DNA from: a virus
Taxonomy: Duplodnaviria; Caudoviricetes
Virus record (IMG/VR): IMGVR_UViG_3300031867_000022
Span: 1-64,000 of that record
Reading direction: 5' to 3' (one strand)
DNA: 64,000 nt
Of the stretch, positions 23,984 through 38,055 are shown piece by piece (the first letter of the stretch is position 1; each line of letters opens with the position of its first letter). The notes under the pieces are model-generated. The model searched no databases. It saw only the letters and a program-made list of their open reading frames with translations, and had not been told where the DNA came from. Position numbers and translations under genes: made by a program.

Positions 23984-24620
23984 AATTATCAACTATTTCT
24001 TGTAATTCTTCTTTAGAAAACGTCCTCTTTATAATTTTTACAAGTCGTTGTTTATCATCTACATATTTCCACACATATCCTTTATATGTCTTACGCCCAA
24101 ATTGATTAGTGCATACGCGTCTAATATATACTGTCGTAGACGCACCAAAACTTTTTGCAGCTTCTGACATGCTATTCCATATTTTGACAAGTTTACCATC
24201 TATAGTATACTAAGCAACTCTGCTTGATATCGCTTTCTATATTCTGGCGTTTCTTGTTCCGTGATTTGCATTTTCTTTAGAAGTAACCCACTCTAGATTT
24301 TCAAAACAGTTGTTTGTTTTATTCTCGTCTATATGATTTACTACATTACGATTGTTTGGATTAGGAATAAATGCTTGTGCAACAAGCCTATGTATCTTTT
24401 TTCGATAAACATTTCCTTTAGAATCTCTAATAGATACTACTAAGTAACCAGTAGAATCTTTATAAGGTTTTACCAACTTTTCATTATAAAAAGCAACTGT
24501 TTCATTTTGCTTTTGTATATTTGGTTTAACAGTCGTATAATGTTCATTCCTACGAACATTTCCGAAATTTGAAACAGAATACAAACCATCTGTCTCAGGT
24601 ATAGTTTTCCAAGTTTCCAT
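23970..24620 (-). CDS. Free-standing NUMOD4-HNH-NUMOD1 homing endonuclease (216 aa; TAG=Gln)
   Basis: METWKTIP...YSVSNFGNVR; IHRLVAQAFIPNP...VNHIDENKTNN...NLEWVT; (Q)YTIDGKLVKIWNSMSEAAK. Confidence 0.9.
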
Positions 24621-24629
24621 AGTTAATTA

Positions 24630-27116
24630 TTATTTCTCGCCTGCGACCTTGTTTGCCCTGGCCGTGGCGGCTTTTATTTTTTCTCTCTGAAGAGCAGCTT
24701 CATCTTTTTGACGTTGAAGTTCGGTTTCGTGCTTCATTCTATCACGCTCCAATTGAATCTTTTTATCTTCAATTTCTTTCTTTTGTCTTTGTTCGTAGCG
24801 TTTAGTGTATGTTTCTGACTGAATCTTTTGCTGTTCAAGAGCCTGTTTACCGAGTTCAAATGGATCAGGTATACCGTTGTTGTTAGCATCCTTCTCTTCT
24901 GTACCACGATATGCACTAATCTCAGCTACTGCAATCTTAGTCTGATTATCAGCATCAATCTTGTAACGCTCAAGCTCCATCTTAGCCTCTTCAAGCATAA
25001 GCTCTTGTTCACGCTGTTCGTTCTGCATCTGTTGCAGCTGTACAGCCTGTTCTTGCTCAGCCTGTTGTTGCTGTTGCATAGCCTGTTCTTGACGCTCTTG
25101 CATCTCCTTAAGCTTCTGCTTAATGATGTTGAAGTTGTCATTTGTAAGTACTTCAGCTGCTTCAAGTAAGCTAGCACCATTCTGCATAGCAGGTTGAATA
25201 AGCTGTTGTAACTTCTGGATATTCTCCATATCCTTAGAAGTATCACTTACAAATACATCCATATCCTCATAGTAGAACTTATCTTGAATATCAATATATG
25301 CACGTTCACCATTATCGAAGATATAACTAAGCTTCTACTTACCTGTCTGTCTCCATGCACCTTGTGCTGTATTTAGAAGCATATTGAGTGCATGACGCTT
25401 ACATTGATTGTGTGCCCAGAACAAAGGCTCTGTAATATGTGAAGACTGTACAACAGAACGTTCTACATTACCTACAAGCTCATTAGAACTGATAGCACCT
25501 TCACGCTGTTCTGTAATACCTGATATAGTACCAGCAAGCTGTTCGATCTTGTCCATTAGCTGAATATACTCAGCTATTACGTTCGACATAGTAAGATCGA
25601 GAGAAGTGATTTGATTAAACGTAGCAGGCTTGCCGCCTTCTCTTCCTGGTACATTCCAACCTTCTTCATAAGGATTAATAAAGTTTACACCTACAGAAGA
25701 CAAGTAATGCATCCATCTATCTGGAGTGATATTCATAGACTTAGGAATCTATGTAATATCCATATTGATTACTTTTCCTTTGTCTCTTGCTATAGCTAAT
25801 TCTAGTCTGTACCACAATACGATATACATGTATTGCAGAGGTTTAAGCACGCTTACTAGAGACCTTGGTCTACTGTTGGTATTACTATAGATACATCCAC
25901 AGTAGGGAAGCTTTTGAGAATTTGGGTTATCAATAGATATATGCTGATACTCAATAGGCTATATACCAAAATAAAGATCAGTTCCCGCACGATAGCCTTC
26001 CCAAACTTCTACAATCCAGTCAGGCTCTACGCTGATTTCTTGTCCTGTTTTCTTATACGACTCATCAGCTATTTCAACTTGTGCTTGTCCTGCTTCGTCA
26101 AAGTATGTGACATAGTATATCTTTTTAAAAGACTTCCAGCAACAATGCCAGACATTAATAGCATATCTAGTCTTCTGATCCATCAAAGGATTGTCATAGA
26201 TGTGCATCTAAATGCTGTTGAAATTGTCTACAGGATCCTTCTCACCTATATCATTAGAAGGACGCCCTGTGAGCATTTCGTTGAGCTTATTTAGGTCTTT
26301 CTCTGTAAGTTTGTCATAGTAGCGATCGTATATCTCTGCTACTGGCAACCTCATTCTACGACAGCACCAAGAACCGTCTTCTATAAATTCTAGATCGGGT
26401 GCATGATCGTATGAGAAATACATCGGGTTCACCCTCTCCATATAAGGCTCATCGTTCTACACGCCCACGTAGTATATCTCGGCACCAGCGATAAGAGCAT
26501 CTTTCCAACCTTTAATAAATTCATTGTCTAAGTTAAGTTTTTCCCTTAGGTATGTGAGAGTGTGATAAGCAGTGTTCTCTATAACATCTTTATAATCCTT
26601 AGTCATATATTTAGCTATAGCTTCGGGCGGCATTATTTCTCCACTCTAAAGCTGTTGCTAGAATTGTTGTGCTTCTTCAGGACTCATACGAGAAGTAATA
26701 GCTGCCATAACATATTGCATAAGCATCTCTTTCTCTTTGTCCATCAGTTCTGAAGCTGCTTCTTGCGATGTTCTCACTACACGGAAGTTCATAGGCCTCT
26801 TTGTCTCTTCACCTATAAGGAGGTCTACCTTAGGCCTTATTATATTGAAATCTTGAGGTGTAGCGGGGAATCCATCTTCAACCTTGAATGGATTCGTGAT
26901 TCGCTTGAAGTCCTTTTCATCAAATATAGAATTATAAAGGTTATAGTATGTCTATATCTCTCCGAATCGTGTCTTAGTCATTCCACCAGACACTACGTTT
27001 CCTTCGCCTATGATATAGTTTACACAGTCGTGCTACCACTATTCTGTCTTCTTCTTTAATGGTAGTTTCTGCTAAGGGAACGTTGCATTATATAAATTAT
27101 CTTCTACTCTAACCAT
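24630..27116 (-). CDS. Portal protein (828 aa; TAG=Gln)
   Basis: Four track ORFs are in frame across TAGs; FP(Q)QKLP start; C-terminal Gln-rich helical barrel; follows TerL. Confidence 0.9.
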
Positions 27117-27118
27117 TG

Positions 27119-29170
27119 TTAAAAGCTAAATAAAGGTATATCGTCTTGCACACCGTCATCTTCAGCATCCCAATATCTCTAACTGAATAGCGGTAATTCG
27201 AAGAGTTCAACCTGTTTGTTCTTTTCTTTTGCAGCGGACACTCTAACCTGGTATAGCTCTTCTCTATATATCATAACCATACATAGAGCAATAACACGGT
27301 CTACGTTTCTTACACCGTCTGTCTATATAAGCTCTTCTAGTAGAGGTTCGCTGTATATTCTTTCTAGATTAGGATGGCCTGGTTCATATTCTTCCATCAA
27401 CCATTCTAAGATTAATCCTTCTCCGTATGCCCTAATCTATTTAGTCATGTGACAGCCTTTACGGCGCTGTACTTTACTATCTTTAAATATCTCCGTTATA
27501 ATTTTATCTGGTTGATCAGCCAACAGGTAGTCACAATGTTTGTTTGTGAAGTAAGGGTAAATACCCTTACGTTCATTCTCAAACAAAAGACGTGCATTAT
27601 AGAATATCAATAATTTACGCACATTTTCATAGTATTCTTCAGCAGTATCTGGTCGTCCTGTATACTCCGCAACAATTACGTCGTTCCATGCTTCTCCCGC
27701 TCTAACTCTTTTAAAAATAAAAGTTGATCCTAAGGAGTTAGTGAATGACTCGTCGTGATCATACGGGTCGCAACCGCCAATGTATAATCCTAACGGTGGC
27801 TCTGCTACAGGGTACTCCCAGATGACTATTGATCCTCTTGGTTTGTCATCTTTCTTTAAAGGATAAGTAGTTATATCTCCAGATTTCTTTTCTATAGCTT
27901 TTACATTACCATTGCCATCCCACTCAAGATCTACTGTGTGTTTCATATTCTTGATCTTAGTGTTTGTACGTATTCTGGTTAATTGGTCTATTAAAAGCTT
28001 TTTAGGGAATATATTTTTTCCCAATTCCAAACACGCTTCTTGTGGTTTCATAGGACGCTCGGATATAAATCTATCTATAGCTTCCTAAGAAGCACCACCT
28101 TCGCGTATTTTATTTCTTTCTTCTAACAGACGCTCTATGGCGTCATTTTTTAAACTATTCCCGTCTTTATCTATATACTTCCCGTCTTTACTTTCTAAGT
28201 TCCAATAAGACGGAGAAAAGAATCCGCATTCAGTACCAGCAGCATTATCATCCCATATATTAGGAAAGCTTAGCACGTTGAATGCATCGGGATGGTAGAA
28301 CATATTCTTAAGACCGTCAAATGCTGCACCCTCAGTACCACCTGTACCAAATGCTACAAGTAAGCCGAATGCTACACCATCGTCAGTCTCTACTGCAGGT
28401 CGTTCAATCTGCCATGCTGTTTCTAACCCTGGGAACTTACCACCCTCCTCAAATAGTACTAGCTTACCACGAGTACCACGAAGACGTTCTGGGTCATTCT
28501 TAAGGGTTATACCTGTTATAGCAGACATGTAACCTTGTTCAGTTTCCTTACCAAACTCATCTTTAATCTTAAAACCAGCTACACGTTCCATACGAGTAGA
28601 TGTAAGACGTTGTTTAGACCATGCTGTATTCTTATCTATAAAGTCCATGATCTACCAAGCTTTAGTAAGGATTCCATCACCAACCAAGAACTTCTATTCA
28701 GATGCTACTGCAAAGTTCTTAGATCCTGGGATTAGTTCATAATTTCTAACGAGCATTGATGCCCCCTTAAACGAGTATCCTCTTTGTCTGCACTTTAGTA
28801 CAGCCATGTGCTTGCCCTACGTCTCTGCTTCTTCTATAGCATTAAAGTAGTAGTAATCGCCGTCCCAAAACGAAGGGAATTCAAATATACGATCTCGTTT
28901 AGTTCTTTTTACTCCGTACCTATCAGTATATTCTTCCTCGACAAGTTTCATGATAGGACAATAGTTTAAATAGAAGTAATGATAGCCTGTGATAGAGTCT
29001 CCATCTGGGGCTACATATCCATTTAAACACCGCTATGTCTCCCGCTCCCAATATTGTACATAATCGGTAGTACCTCTGGGAGCGAGAGTATAACAGCCAT
29101 TTTGTTTATAAAATATAGCTGCCTAGCGAAATTTGTCGGTCGATAGGATCTTTTTATTAAAGTCTACCAT
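27119..29170 (-). CDS. terL: Terminase large subunit (683 aa; TAG=Gln)
   Basis: KCRQRGYS Walker A, LVLFEEGG Walker B, FGTGG, IGGCDPYD nuclease motif; continuous frame with no intron or intein evident. Confidence 0.92.
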
Positions 29171-29176
29171 TGTATA

Positions 29177-29644
29177 TTATGATAATGTTACAGGGAAAGT
29201 ACCTGGGAATACCCAAGCTTTTTGTTCTTCGTCCCAAACAAAATAAATTGTGTTTTGGTCATATTCCTAAATAGCCGCATATTCGTCAGCTGTCAGAAAT
29301 ACATGATTAGGACCGCTAGATTGCGGATTATTTTCTAATTCTTCCAGTCTCTGTTCGATGTCACTTACACCAGATTCGATTTGACTTACTGTATCATCTA
29401 CTTCAGTTTTCGTATAAACCTAATCAAGTCTTTCATCAACCTAATGCAATTTATCTTCAGTTTCTTTAAAAGTGTCAAAAGCAAGACTGGCTCCGTTTAC
29501 AATCGTGTTAACAGTCTTGTTTGCATCCCATAACTCTCCAATAGGAAACTGCCCTTCATCCGAACAAACAACATTAGAAATTATCTCCTTTCGAATATTA
29601 TGGCCAGTATCTACAAGATTTTTAAGTAATACTTTCTTCTCCAT
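29177..29644 (-). CDS. Fibre-associated/adaptor protein (155 aa; TAG=Gln)
   Basis: VYTKTEVD, HVFLTADEYAAI..TIYFV and a C-terminal FPGTFPVTLS motif. Confidence 0.55.
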
Positions 29645-29654
29645 GTTGTATTTA

Positions 29655-30167
29655 TTACATTTCGTAGAGGCCTATAACACCTCCACCTTTAACTCTACCA
29701 GCCTCCAACTACTCAGCTTTAGCTTGTTTCATAGCTATATCTAGAGACTTAACTATATTACCAACATCTTTCAAGATACGCGTAACTTTAATTGCTGTAT
29801 CAATATCCATATTGCTCTACGAGTAGTCATTTAGAGCAGCTATGAGCCCCTCTGCTGCCATCTATGATGCGCTTAAAAGTCGGGTTCCAGGAGTCTCTTG
29901 AAACTCATTAAACCGCTTAATAAGTTCTTTCATTTCAGCAGTAGGTACATATTTTTCATCTCCGAATACATCTTTGCCTACAATAGAAGCCCTCTTGTCT
30001 ATAGGGTAAGCTTCGTATGGAGTATTCCACTTGTATAGCCATATTATGTATTCAATCTCCTTCACAGCCAAGGACTTGTCTTTCGCATTATTGTAGTAAT
30101 CTCTAAATGGCGGTATAGCCAAGTCCTCAGTTGCGAGAGATATCTTATTGCCTTTTATATCGAACAT
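29655..30167 (-). CDS. Conserved protein near TerL, possible terminase small subunit (170 aa; TAG=Gln)
   Basis: Extends ORF 29862-30167 to ...RVKGGGVIGLYEM-TAA; function inferred from position only. Confidence 0.5.
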
Positions 30168-30328
30168 ATGTCATACCAAATTGGATCAATGCCATTGTTA
30201 CTTCCCATCTCAGGGAACATCATAATTTTAGAACTTTCCATAAATTTGTTAATGTTGATATTGTTTTCACAATATATTAATGTTTGTTGTTGATAATCCG
30301 CATTGTACAGCGCGGGAACTGTGTTTGT

Positions 30329-30451
30329 TGTACTACTTTCTCACAAGACAGATGGTTAGATAATAGGGCGGCCTCGACCCGCTGATCTTACGAGTTAGTC
30401 TTATTCCTCGCTGCTCTTCCAGTACTGAGCTTTCTGTTATCAAGTAGTACA
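30329..30451 (-). ncRNA. Putative structured RNA closed by a 10-bp stem
   Basis: TGTACTACTT...AAGTAGTACA encloses internal hairpins; immediately 3' of a tRNA-like element. Confidence 0.45.
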
Positions 30452-30456
30452 TGTTG

Positions 30457-30532
30457 CGCGTGGCAGAGGAATCGAACCTCTGATTCTAGGGCCGCTAAGT
30501 CCGCTAGCGCTTTACCACTAAGTTAACCACGC
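30457..30532 (-). tRNA. tRNA-like element with an aberrant anticodon arm
   Basis: Acceptor GCGTGGT/GCCACGC, D loop AGTGGTA, T arm AGAGG-TTCGATT-CCTCT; anticodon arm CTAG-14 nt-CTAG. Confidence 0.65.
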
Positions 30533-30566
30533 AATCCCTGTGTTATACAGTTAGGGCTCTGTTATA

Positions 30567-31718
30567 TTAAGATGGTAATTCACTAATTCCTTTTATCTAA
30601 CTTTCATAATTACTATACCCAGTTGTAGCTTTATATGTAGCCAACGATTCATCTGGAACATATAATGTAGTTGATCCAGGTAACACCAATCCATCAGATC
30701 CTACAGTAGGAGGGGTTGTAGCTCTAAGAATAATAGTTCTAAGGCTTGTATTTCTAAACGGATGGTTTCCTAGGTCTATGGTTCTTGCAGGTAGTTCTAT
30801 TCTTGTTAATAGTGGAGTTGTATTTCCAGAAGCAATTATATTAGCACTATAATTAGTGCTTGTACTAAATGTAAGTCCTTCAGTACCGCCGTCTTCGAAT
30901 ATTACTTCAGATAATGAATTACATCCACTAAACGGAATATCTCCAATACGTGTTACAGATTTTGGTATAGTTATTGAAGATAATTTTGTATTAACAAATA
31001 CTTCATTTGCGATTGATTCAAGTGTTTCTGGAAGAATTATTGTTTTAAGCCCAGAATTCCTGAAACAATTAGCTTCTATTTTCTATACCTGTGTATTAGA
31101 CAAATCCATATGTTCCAATGAAGTACATCCGGCAAACATATACCATCCCATTCTTACAAAACCATTTGGTATTTTTACATATGTAAGCGACGAACAGTTG
31201 GCAAACCATCCATTCTATATGTCATACGTTTGTGGCTGGGATGTCACCAGATGTGATGGTAATTCACATCTTTCTAAAGATGTACAACCGTTGAACAACT
31301 TTAAATTTCTATTTGTACTAGCAGGTACTGCACCAATATTGGTAAAATATTTAAAACCGGTTGCATCTACAATATCTGTATTTTCTACAAAAGCTGAATA
31401 TGGAGAATAATCTGATACAGCTTCTAGATCTTCTCTAACTACTCCAACACCGTCGCCCCAATTAACTGCACAAATTCTTTCAAATTCTGGATCTCCTACG
31501 TTTAAATAATATTTACTTGCAGTTATATAAAACTCTGGATATTCTGTATGTAGCTCGTCTATATATTCCTAATATGTAGCAGTAGCATGAAGTCTTCCAA
31601 TAAGATTACTTGTAGCATCTAAATCTCTACTAAGTGCCAACTAATATAGTTTTTTTACAACAGAGGCGTCAACCTATTCTATTGTGCCGTTGTTCTATTC
31701 TATCTTTAAATGTGTCAT
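30567..31718 (-). CDS. BspA-type leucine-rich-repeat adhesin/receptor-binding protein (383 aa; TAG=Gln; missing from the ORF track)
   Basis: MTHLKIE(Q)NNGTIE(Q)VD...; repeats FNGCTSLERCELP, FAGCTSLEHMDL, ITIPKSVTRIG. Confidence 0.85.
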
Positions 31719-34700
31719 GATAAATTCATTATTTTAGCAAACGTTGTAAATGACTTATTATTAGGAATATTAACTAAATCGATAGAATCAATACTATTAG
31801 AAGAGTCCACTACAACATTAGTAGGATTAATGACGGTAGGATTAACAATTCTTATAGAAGTAGGTGTACCTAATTCGTATTTAGTAATCTTAGATCCATC
31901 TGGAATAATCACATTTACTGTAGTACCACTAGCATCAACTTGTTCTATATCAGTACAATCTGTAAGATCTATATCTTCTGTAAGTCCTGTACAACCTTGT
32001 ATAGATAAAGTCTTAAGAGCCTTCATATTAGAGAAGTTCATCTAATTCTTGTTACTTCCTACGAGAGATTGTACTTCGCTTGTAAGTTGTGTACAACCAT
32101 CGAGTATAATACCTTGACAATTTGGAATATAATCTAATAGATTTGTATTAATGTATGTAAGCAAATTGATCAGTTCTGATGCATACGGACTGAAATCAAT
32201 AGTTCCAGTAATAGCAAGAAGATCAATTTTATACATATTATTCTTTCCAATAGGACTACCGAACTGCGCTTCCCATGTTGTATTCAAAGGATTAAATATA
32301 GAAGCTTTTACGGCTGGTATAATAATATCAGAATCCTGCTGAATTACTATGTTTATAGACGCTGTTTGTTCATAACCAGAAACAAATACTGCCTTGGCTG
32401 TAAGCGTATAATAATTTGGATCATTTGGCATCGCACTGTCTACCGTAATCTTTATACCGTTTGTAGTAGTACTTTTTGCAAGCTTTATGTACGGATCGCT
32501 AAATGATGTAAGCCTAGAACCATCTTCACCGGTTGTGAACGACACACTAGCATTATCGGATAATCTAGTAAGTGTATATGTAGTAGATCTAATTGTACCA
32601 GTATACTCCTAATCAGATGTTATATAGAAACTAGCTGAAGCATATGTAGCAGGGAATTCCGTATACCCAGGAGCTGTTCTGAGAGATATATTGCTTTCTG
32701 ATTTAGAAGTCAAATGTAAATCGTTAGGATATGAAGCCGCTTTTACATGTATTGTTGTACTATATGGTACACCTGCAATCGCAGTATAAATCTTAGCATC
32801 GTAATCGTGTCCGACAGTAGACTATATTGATTGAATATAAGCAATACCATCAAGACTTTCAGAAGCTTGAATTATACTAAGGCCGTTATATCTACCAGAA
32901 GAATCATTACTTTCAACAGGACCTACAGACCACATGTAATCAGTAGAGTCATCTTCTGCAAGTGAGAATCTAGTAGCATTTAACGAAGCATTATTTCCTT
33001 CGACAATAGTAACTTCACCGAGTTCGTTTACTATTACATCGCCACCAATGTTAATCTGTACGTAGTTTCTCTTATGGTCTACTACAAGACCTGAAGAATT
33101 CTTAGTAAATACAGTATCACCAAACCAAGACTTAATCATATTCAGCTGTGCTGAAGTAAGCTCTTCTCCAGTATCTCTAAGTACAAGATAACCCTTAATA
33201 CTTGTCTGATTACCAAGCTGTGCAATCAAACTGAGTTCGTCATAAGTTAAAAGATTATTCTCACCTACAGTGGCATCAGACCAGTTAATCTTATCCATAA
33301 TCAGATTATACTGACTAAGATCTGCATTAGCTGCTACAAGATTAGCAAGCCAGCTTCTAACAAACTGAATAGAAGACAAGCTAGAACCGGTTGTACCAAG
33401 CAAAGATACATTATGTACAGTAGTAGGAATACCACTAATTGGACTTAACACAGCATTGTTGTTTTGATCTACAGTTGCATGCCAGAAAGACATATCACTC
33501 CAAGTAGAGTTATTCATCCATACAGTATATACTGTATCAGGAAGTTCTATATTGGTAAATATATTACCAGACTCAGAACTGTAGAAATTAGTAAGACCAG
33601 AACCCATTGCAAGAACTTCTTGCAGTTCACTGATATTATTATTATAAATCAGAGAGTTAAGATCTGTCTAATTAAGCTGTCCACGTATATTCAAAGATTG
33701 TAAACTCTATAGAGTATTTTTATTACCTTGAATTTGGCATCCTAACGATGCAAGTAGTGCAGTATAATTAGCACCTTCTTTGGTAATATTTACGCCTACG
33801 TTAAGTTTCTTCAAAGGAGATCCAAGGACTTCAGAATAAACACCATCGAGCAAAATACCATCGAGCCCATGAGCAATCTCGCTAAGATCAATTTCCTCCA
33901 TGAAGTTTGCACCATAGAAGTAAATTGGGTTCTTGGTTTGAGAACCAATTGCCATGTTAAACTCTAACGGAGCTTCCTTATCTACTTGTCTGGTTGTCTA
34001 AAGAGCTCCATCTTTTGTAACAGACATATACGTCTGCTTATTTGGAGTAATTCTTACATACTGATTTGAACCTTCTGTTACGTTAGCTCTTACATAAATA
34101 TAGTGGTTTTTATAATCACCGCAGAACCATTTAGCATCATAATAGTCCATAGAGTTACTCAACCACCAGTGACGGTGTGTCATACGAGAACCCTGCAACC
34201 AGCTAAGCCATGTTGAATCACCTCTACCGGATTGTATATATTTGAAGAATCCGCTTTCATTATACATGATTTCGCACCATTTTGCTGCGTAATCATCGTC
34301 AAACATAGACGATACTTCATTATACTTAAGACCGGCATCCCAAAGTGCATCTGCTACTTTTGGAACGATTGTATTTGCCCAATAACCCCAAGCCTCAAGT
34401 GCATCAAACAGCCAGTTAGAAGTAACTACATTACCTTGAGAATCCGCACTTCTACCAGAAATTGCATACGTTGTTACAGATCCTGGAAGTTTAGTATCAC
34501 GATTAATTGGAGGATTGTATGCAATACCGCCGTCGTTTTTATTACCGAGAGCAATATCCATATCCCAAGGCTCATAATGGAAGTGTACGCCATCGTAAGT
34601 CTTGATTTGAGCATTACGTTCAAGTGAGTCTACAAGGCCGAAACGAAGAACAAAGATGTAATAAGCAGCCATCTTATAAAGGTCAAGATGCTGTGCTGCT

Positions 34701-37700
34701 TCTGCTTCAAACTTTGCTTGATTGTTACGTGTACTTACAACCCATTCATGGAAATCCAAGAAAGGTTTTACTTTACGCATGTACTTAGAATTCGGATTGA
34801 ATTTATCAATACCGTTCTTAGCATCATCTTTTGCAATATCGTCCTCGTCTGGATAAATTACTTCAAATGCCTACTCCCAATTGTACATTCTTGTAACGTC
34901 ACCGGTAGACTCATTTTCTACTTCTACTATATCGTTGAAGTTTGCATGTGTCATATATGACGTAAATGGAACGTTAGAACCAACTACTTCCATTCGAAGT
35001 ACGTTCTTATTATCCCAAACACAATTTGCATCTGTATCTTCGTCTTTATGAGTATTGGTGAGACAGAATGGGTCTGCTGGTACTGCGTATATACTACGTT
35101 CTCCGTAACAGTAGTCGGATTTCTTATCGTCCATGAATACATACTGTCCAAGGAAAGTACGTGTTCTTGTGCCGTTTTCGTCGTAATAGAATACTGCGCA
35201 TGGGAATGAGTCAGGAGAAATACGGATATCGTATGGGAACTTCTGTGACGTTACGTCCCTCCACTACATCGTACTCTTTCCTTCTACATTACTATAACCT
35301 TCTACAGTACCATCTTCATGAAGTTGCTCGTTGTTGTGATGTACCAATTCGTTTGTAGTAAATAGCTGAGGCTCTGTTCTAAGTTTATACTCACCATCAA
35401 TATTTGCATTGAACCAAGTATACTGCATAAGTCTCTCAAGTCCACCATTGTGTACACCAGAAGAGTCTGCATAGTTTGCTTGAAGCACAAACTTATTTGC
35501 AGGAATAGAAGGCATGCCCTGATCGTCATATGCTTTCATTACATACCTATTCTTGTTCAAAAGAAGATCTCCTTGCTGTGTAGATTCGTATGTAGGAATA
35601 ACACCAGATTTAGACTTATTAAGCCAGAACTTCATAGAAGTAATAGGATAGTTCAATGTTGACTGACCATGCTTTCTAATCTGTACATTATTAATCTTGA
35701 AATTCTTACTTGAATCTGAAGGACAGAAGCGCTCTATTGTAACGTCTGTAGTAGAACCGTCTTTATCTGTTTGACCACTCAGGATATTAGAAAGGTTACC
35801 AGAAATAAGAATTGTATCAAGTTTATTCTTACACAAATCAAAACTGATAGTATTTGATGCATCAAGAATATCGTTGTTATTCGCAATCTGCACTTTATTA
35901 TCGCTATCGTATACATAGTTATTATATGCATCAGAATAGCTAATAGCGTAATTGTAAACTCTAATATTATATACTCTTACACCAGATTCAGATCCACCAA
36001 TCTTAATTCCACCGGTTGTATTAAACGATCTACCTGAAGCTGTAGCGGATCTTTCCAAAATACCGTTGTTTACAATATATGCAAGACCAGACTCAACAGT
36101 TCTAAGCGAGCTTTCTTCTGGGAAGCTATTTATGATAAATGCCAACTTAAGTCGTTCATTTGATTTATAGTTTGTATGAACAACTTCAGTATTACCGTTG
36201 TCGAACAAAGTAGCAGTATCTGGAGTAATCTCGATTCTCGCTCCATTAGGATTACCAATCGTTACTATAACGTCGCCTTCGTTTGATACCTTCTCTGATT
36301 CAAATTCTATTTCGATTGTTTTACCTGCAGAGAAATCAAACGTACTGAATGGATGAAAATCAATGTTTGCATACTCATTAACACCTACTGTGCGGAAGCT
36401 ATTATTATACCATCCAGAGTTTACATTCCATTGTATGTTTGTAAACGTAGTATTAACGTTTCCAGAAACATCATTCCATTGATCTCTTGTAGTACTATCA
36501 TTGGTTTTACCATAAGCAGACATTTTCATCTGATAGAACCCAGTCTCGTTTACAACAACTTTTGTGTTTCTTATAATATAGATTGGGAATTTATCAATGA
36601 GTGTATTATTATAATAGGCTGCAAGGTAAGTAGAATGTTGATCCTACGTGTATATTGTAGGAATGTAAGAAAGAGCTGCTGCCTTTTCTCTACTGTTTGC
36701 TGTAATAATACCAAGATCTGCAGTAACCTGATTATCTTGTTCGTCTATCAACTTCCATTGTACAGGTATTGACGTATTTGTCTGAAGACTGTCTGTATAA
36801 TAGCCCCATTGCAACTGTTGCGGTTCATACTGTGTTGCAGTAAGCATCAATTCGCTAAGTGGGAAGTTTCCATTATTGAACTGTGTAGCAATATTTATAA
36901 ACTTACCTGTACTACCTACAACACCAGACGCTACAGTAAACGTATAGAATAACAGATTACTATTTATCGTTACGTTTCCTTCGTTATACTTAGCTTCTGC
37001 CCAGATCTATAGAGTATGTGTACCTTCATCGAGGGACGTTAGTATATTCTATATTTCTGTTATTTTAGATGGTCCGTTTTCAATGACATCTTTGCTATAC
37101 AACTTATTGCCAATCCCATCGTCTACTCTAAAGTAAATCTTTGCTGTACCGAGCACATTGTTACGTTCAAATACATATGGAATTTGAATTGGGCTGTCTG
37201 CATATATAGGTTCGTAGAACTTAAACGTACTTGAAAGATTTATCTAAAGAAGCGATATTGTAAACGTCTTTGTGTTTCTAGCGCCTGTAGACGAACCTTT
37301 GGCTTCAATTGTAACTACATTTTCGCCAGGCTATAAGTATTCGTATATACTAAAATTAGGATCTGCGTCAGATCTATTGTACCATCTTGTAAATGCAGTT
37401 GAAGCTCCTGATGCACTGTTTACAATAGTATATGTCACAGACAAACTATCAGAAGACTCTCCTTCATCGTTATAAATGCTCCACTAGAATGCAATTCTGG
37501 TACCTGTACTAGATTCGTCACCATAACGTACAAACTTGTTATTAAACCCGTCACTATTTATTGCGACAAGATCAAGTTTGTAGTCACTCGGACGAACGAA
37601 ATTAAATAACTCAAGGTCGCTGTTGTCAGAAGGATTTTCTTTCCACAACGCATAAGAATCTTCGCTAGAAAACATTCGATACTTATTAGCGGCTTTATCT

Positions 37701-37858
37701 TCATACATATAGAATGGAGATTTGAGTTTTTTCTACAACAGTTCTCTAATAGATCCGCCAGACACCTAAAGGCCGTTTGTTACATTTTTTCCAGTAAACG
37801 AGTCTGTGCCGTTTATCCAGTCTACAAACTCGTTAATTTTTCCTTTATATGTTTGCAT
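31715..37858 (-). CDS. Giant fibre protein with LamG-like, CotH-kinase-like and LRR-like regions (2047 aa; TAG=Gln)
   Basis: Nine track ORFs share one frame and are separated by TAG; LRFGLVDSLERNAQ...YEPWDMDIALG. Confidence 0.8.
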
Positions 37859-37868
37859 TGTATTTTAT

Positions 37869-38042
37869 TTAATCGGTCCAAGGTGTATCATCTGTCCATG
37901 GGTGTTCGTCCAGCCAGTATCCGTTGTGGTAACAAGATTGTATTTCACTAGGCCATACTATATTATTACCTACATATACAGCAATTATTGGTTTTCTATA
38001 GAAGATTGCCTAAGGCTCTCTTCCATCTTTATATATACCCAT
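37869..38042 (-). CDS. Small Trp-rich fibre connector (57 aa; TAG=Gln)
   Basis: IAVYVGNNIVW...SCYHNGYWLDEHPWTDDTPWTD. Confidence 0.65.
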
Positions 38043-38055
38043 GATTTGATATTAA

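Noticed and set aside
27119-29170. Intein or intron in TerL, portal or MCP
   Set aside because: Frames are continuous and of normal length, with no splice motifs
30480-30510. Calling the 30.5-kb element tRNA-Leu(TAG) or an ochre suppressor (TTA)
   Set aside because: No canonical 5-bp stem and 7-nt loop, so an anticodon cannot be assigned
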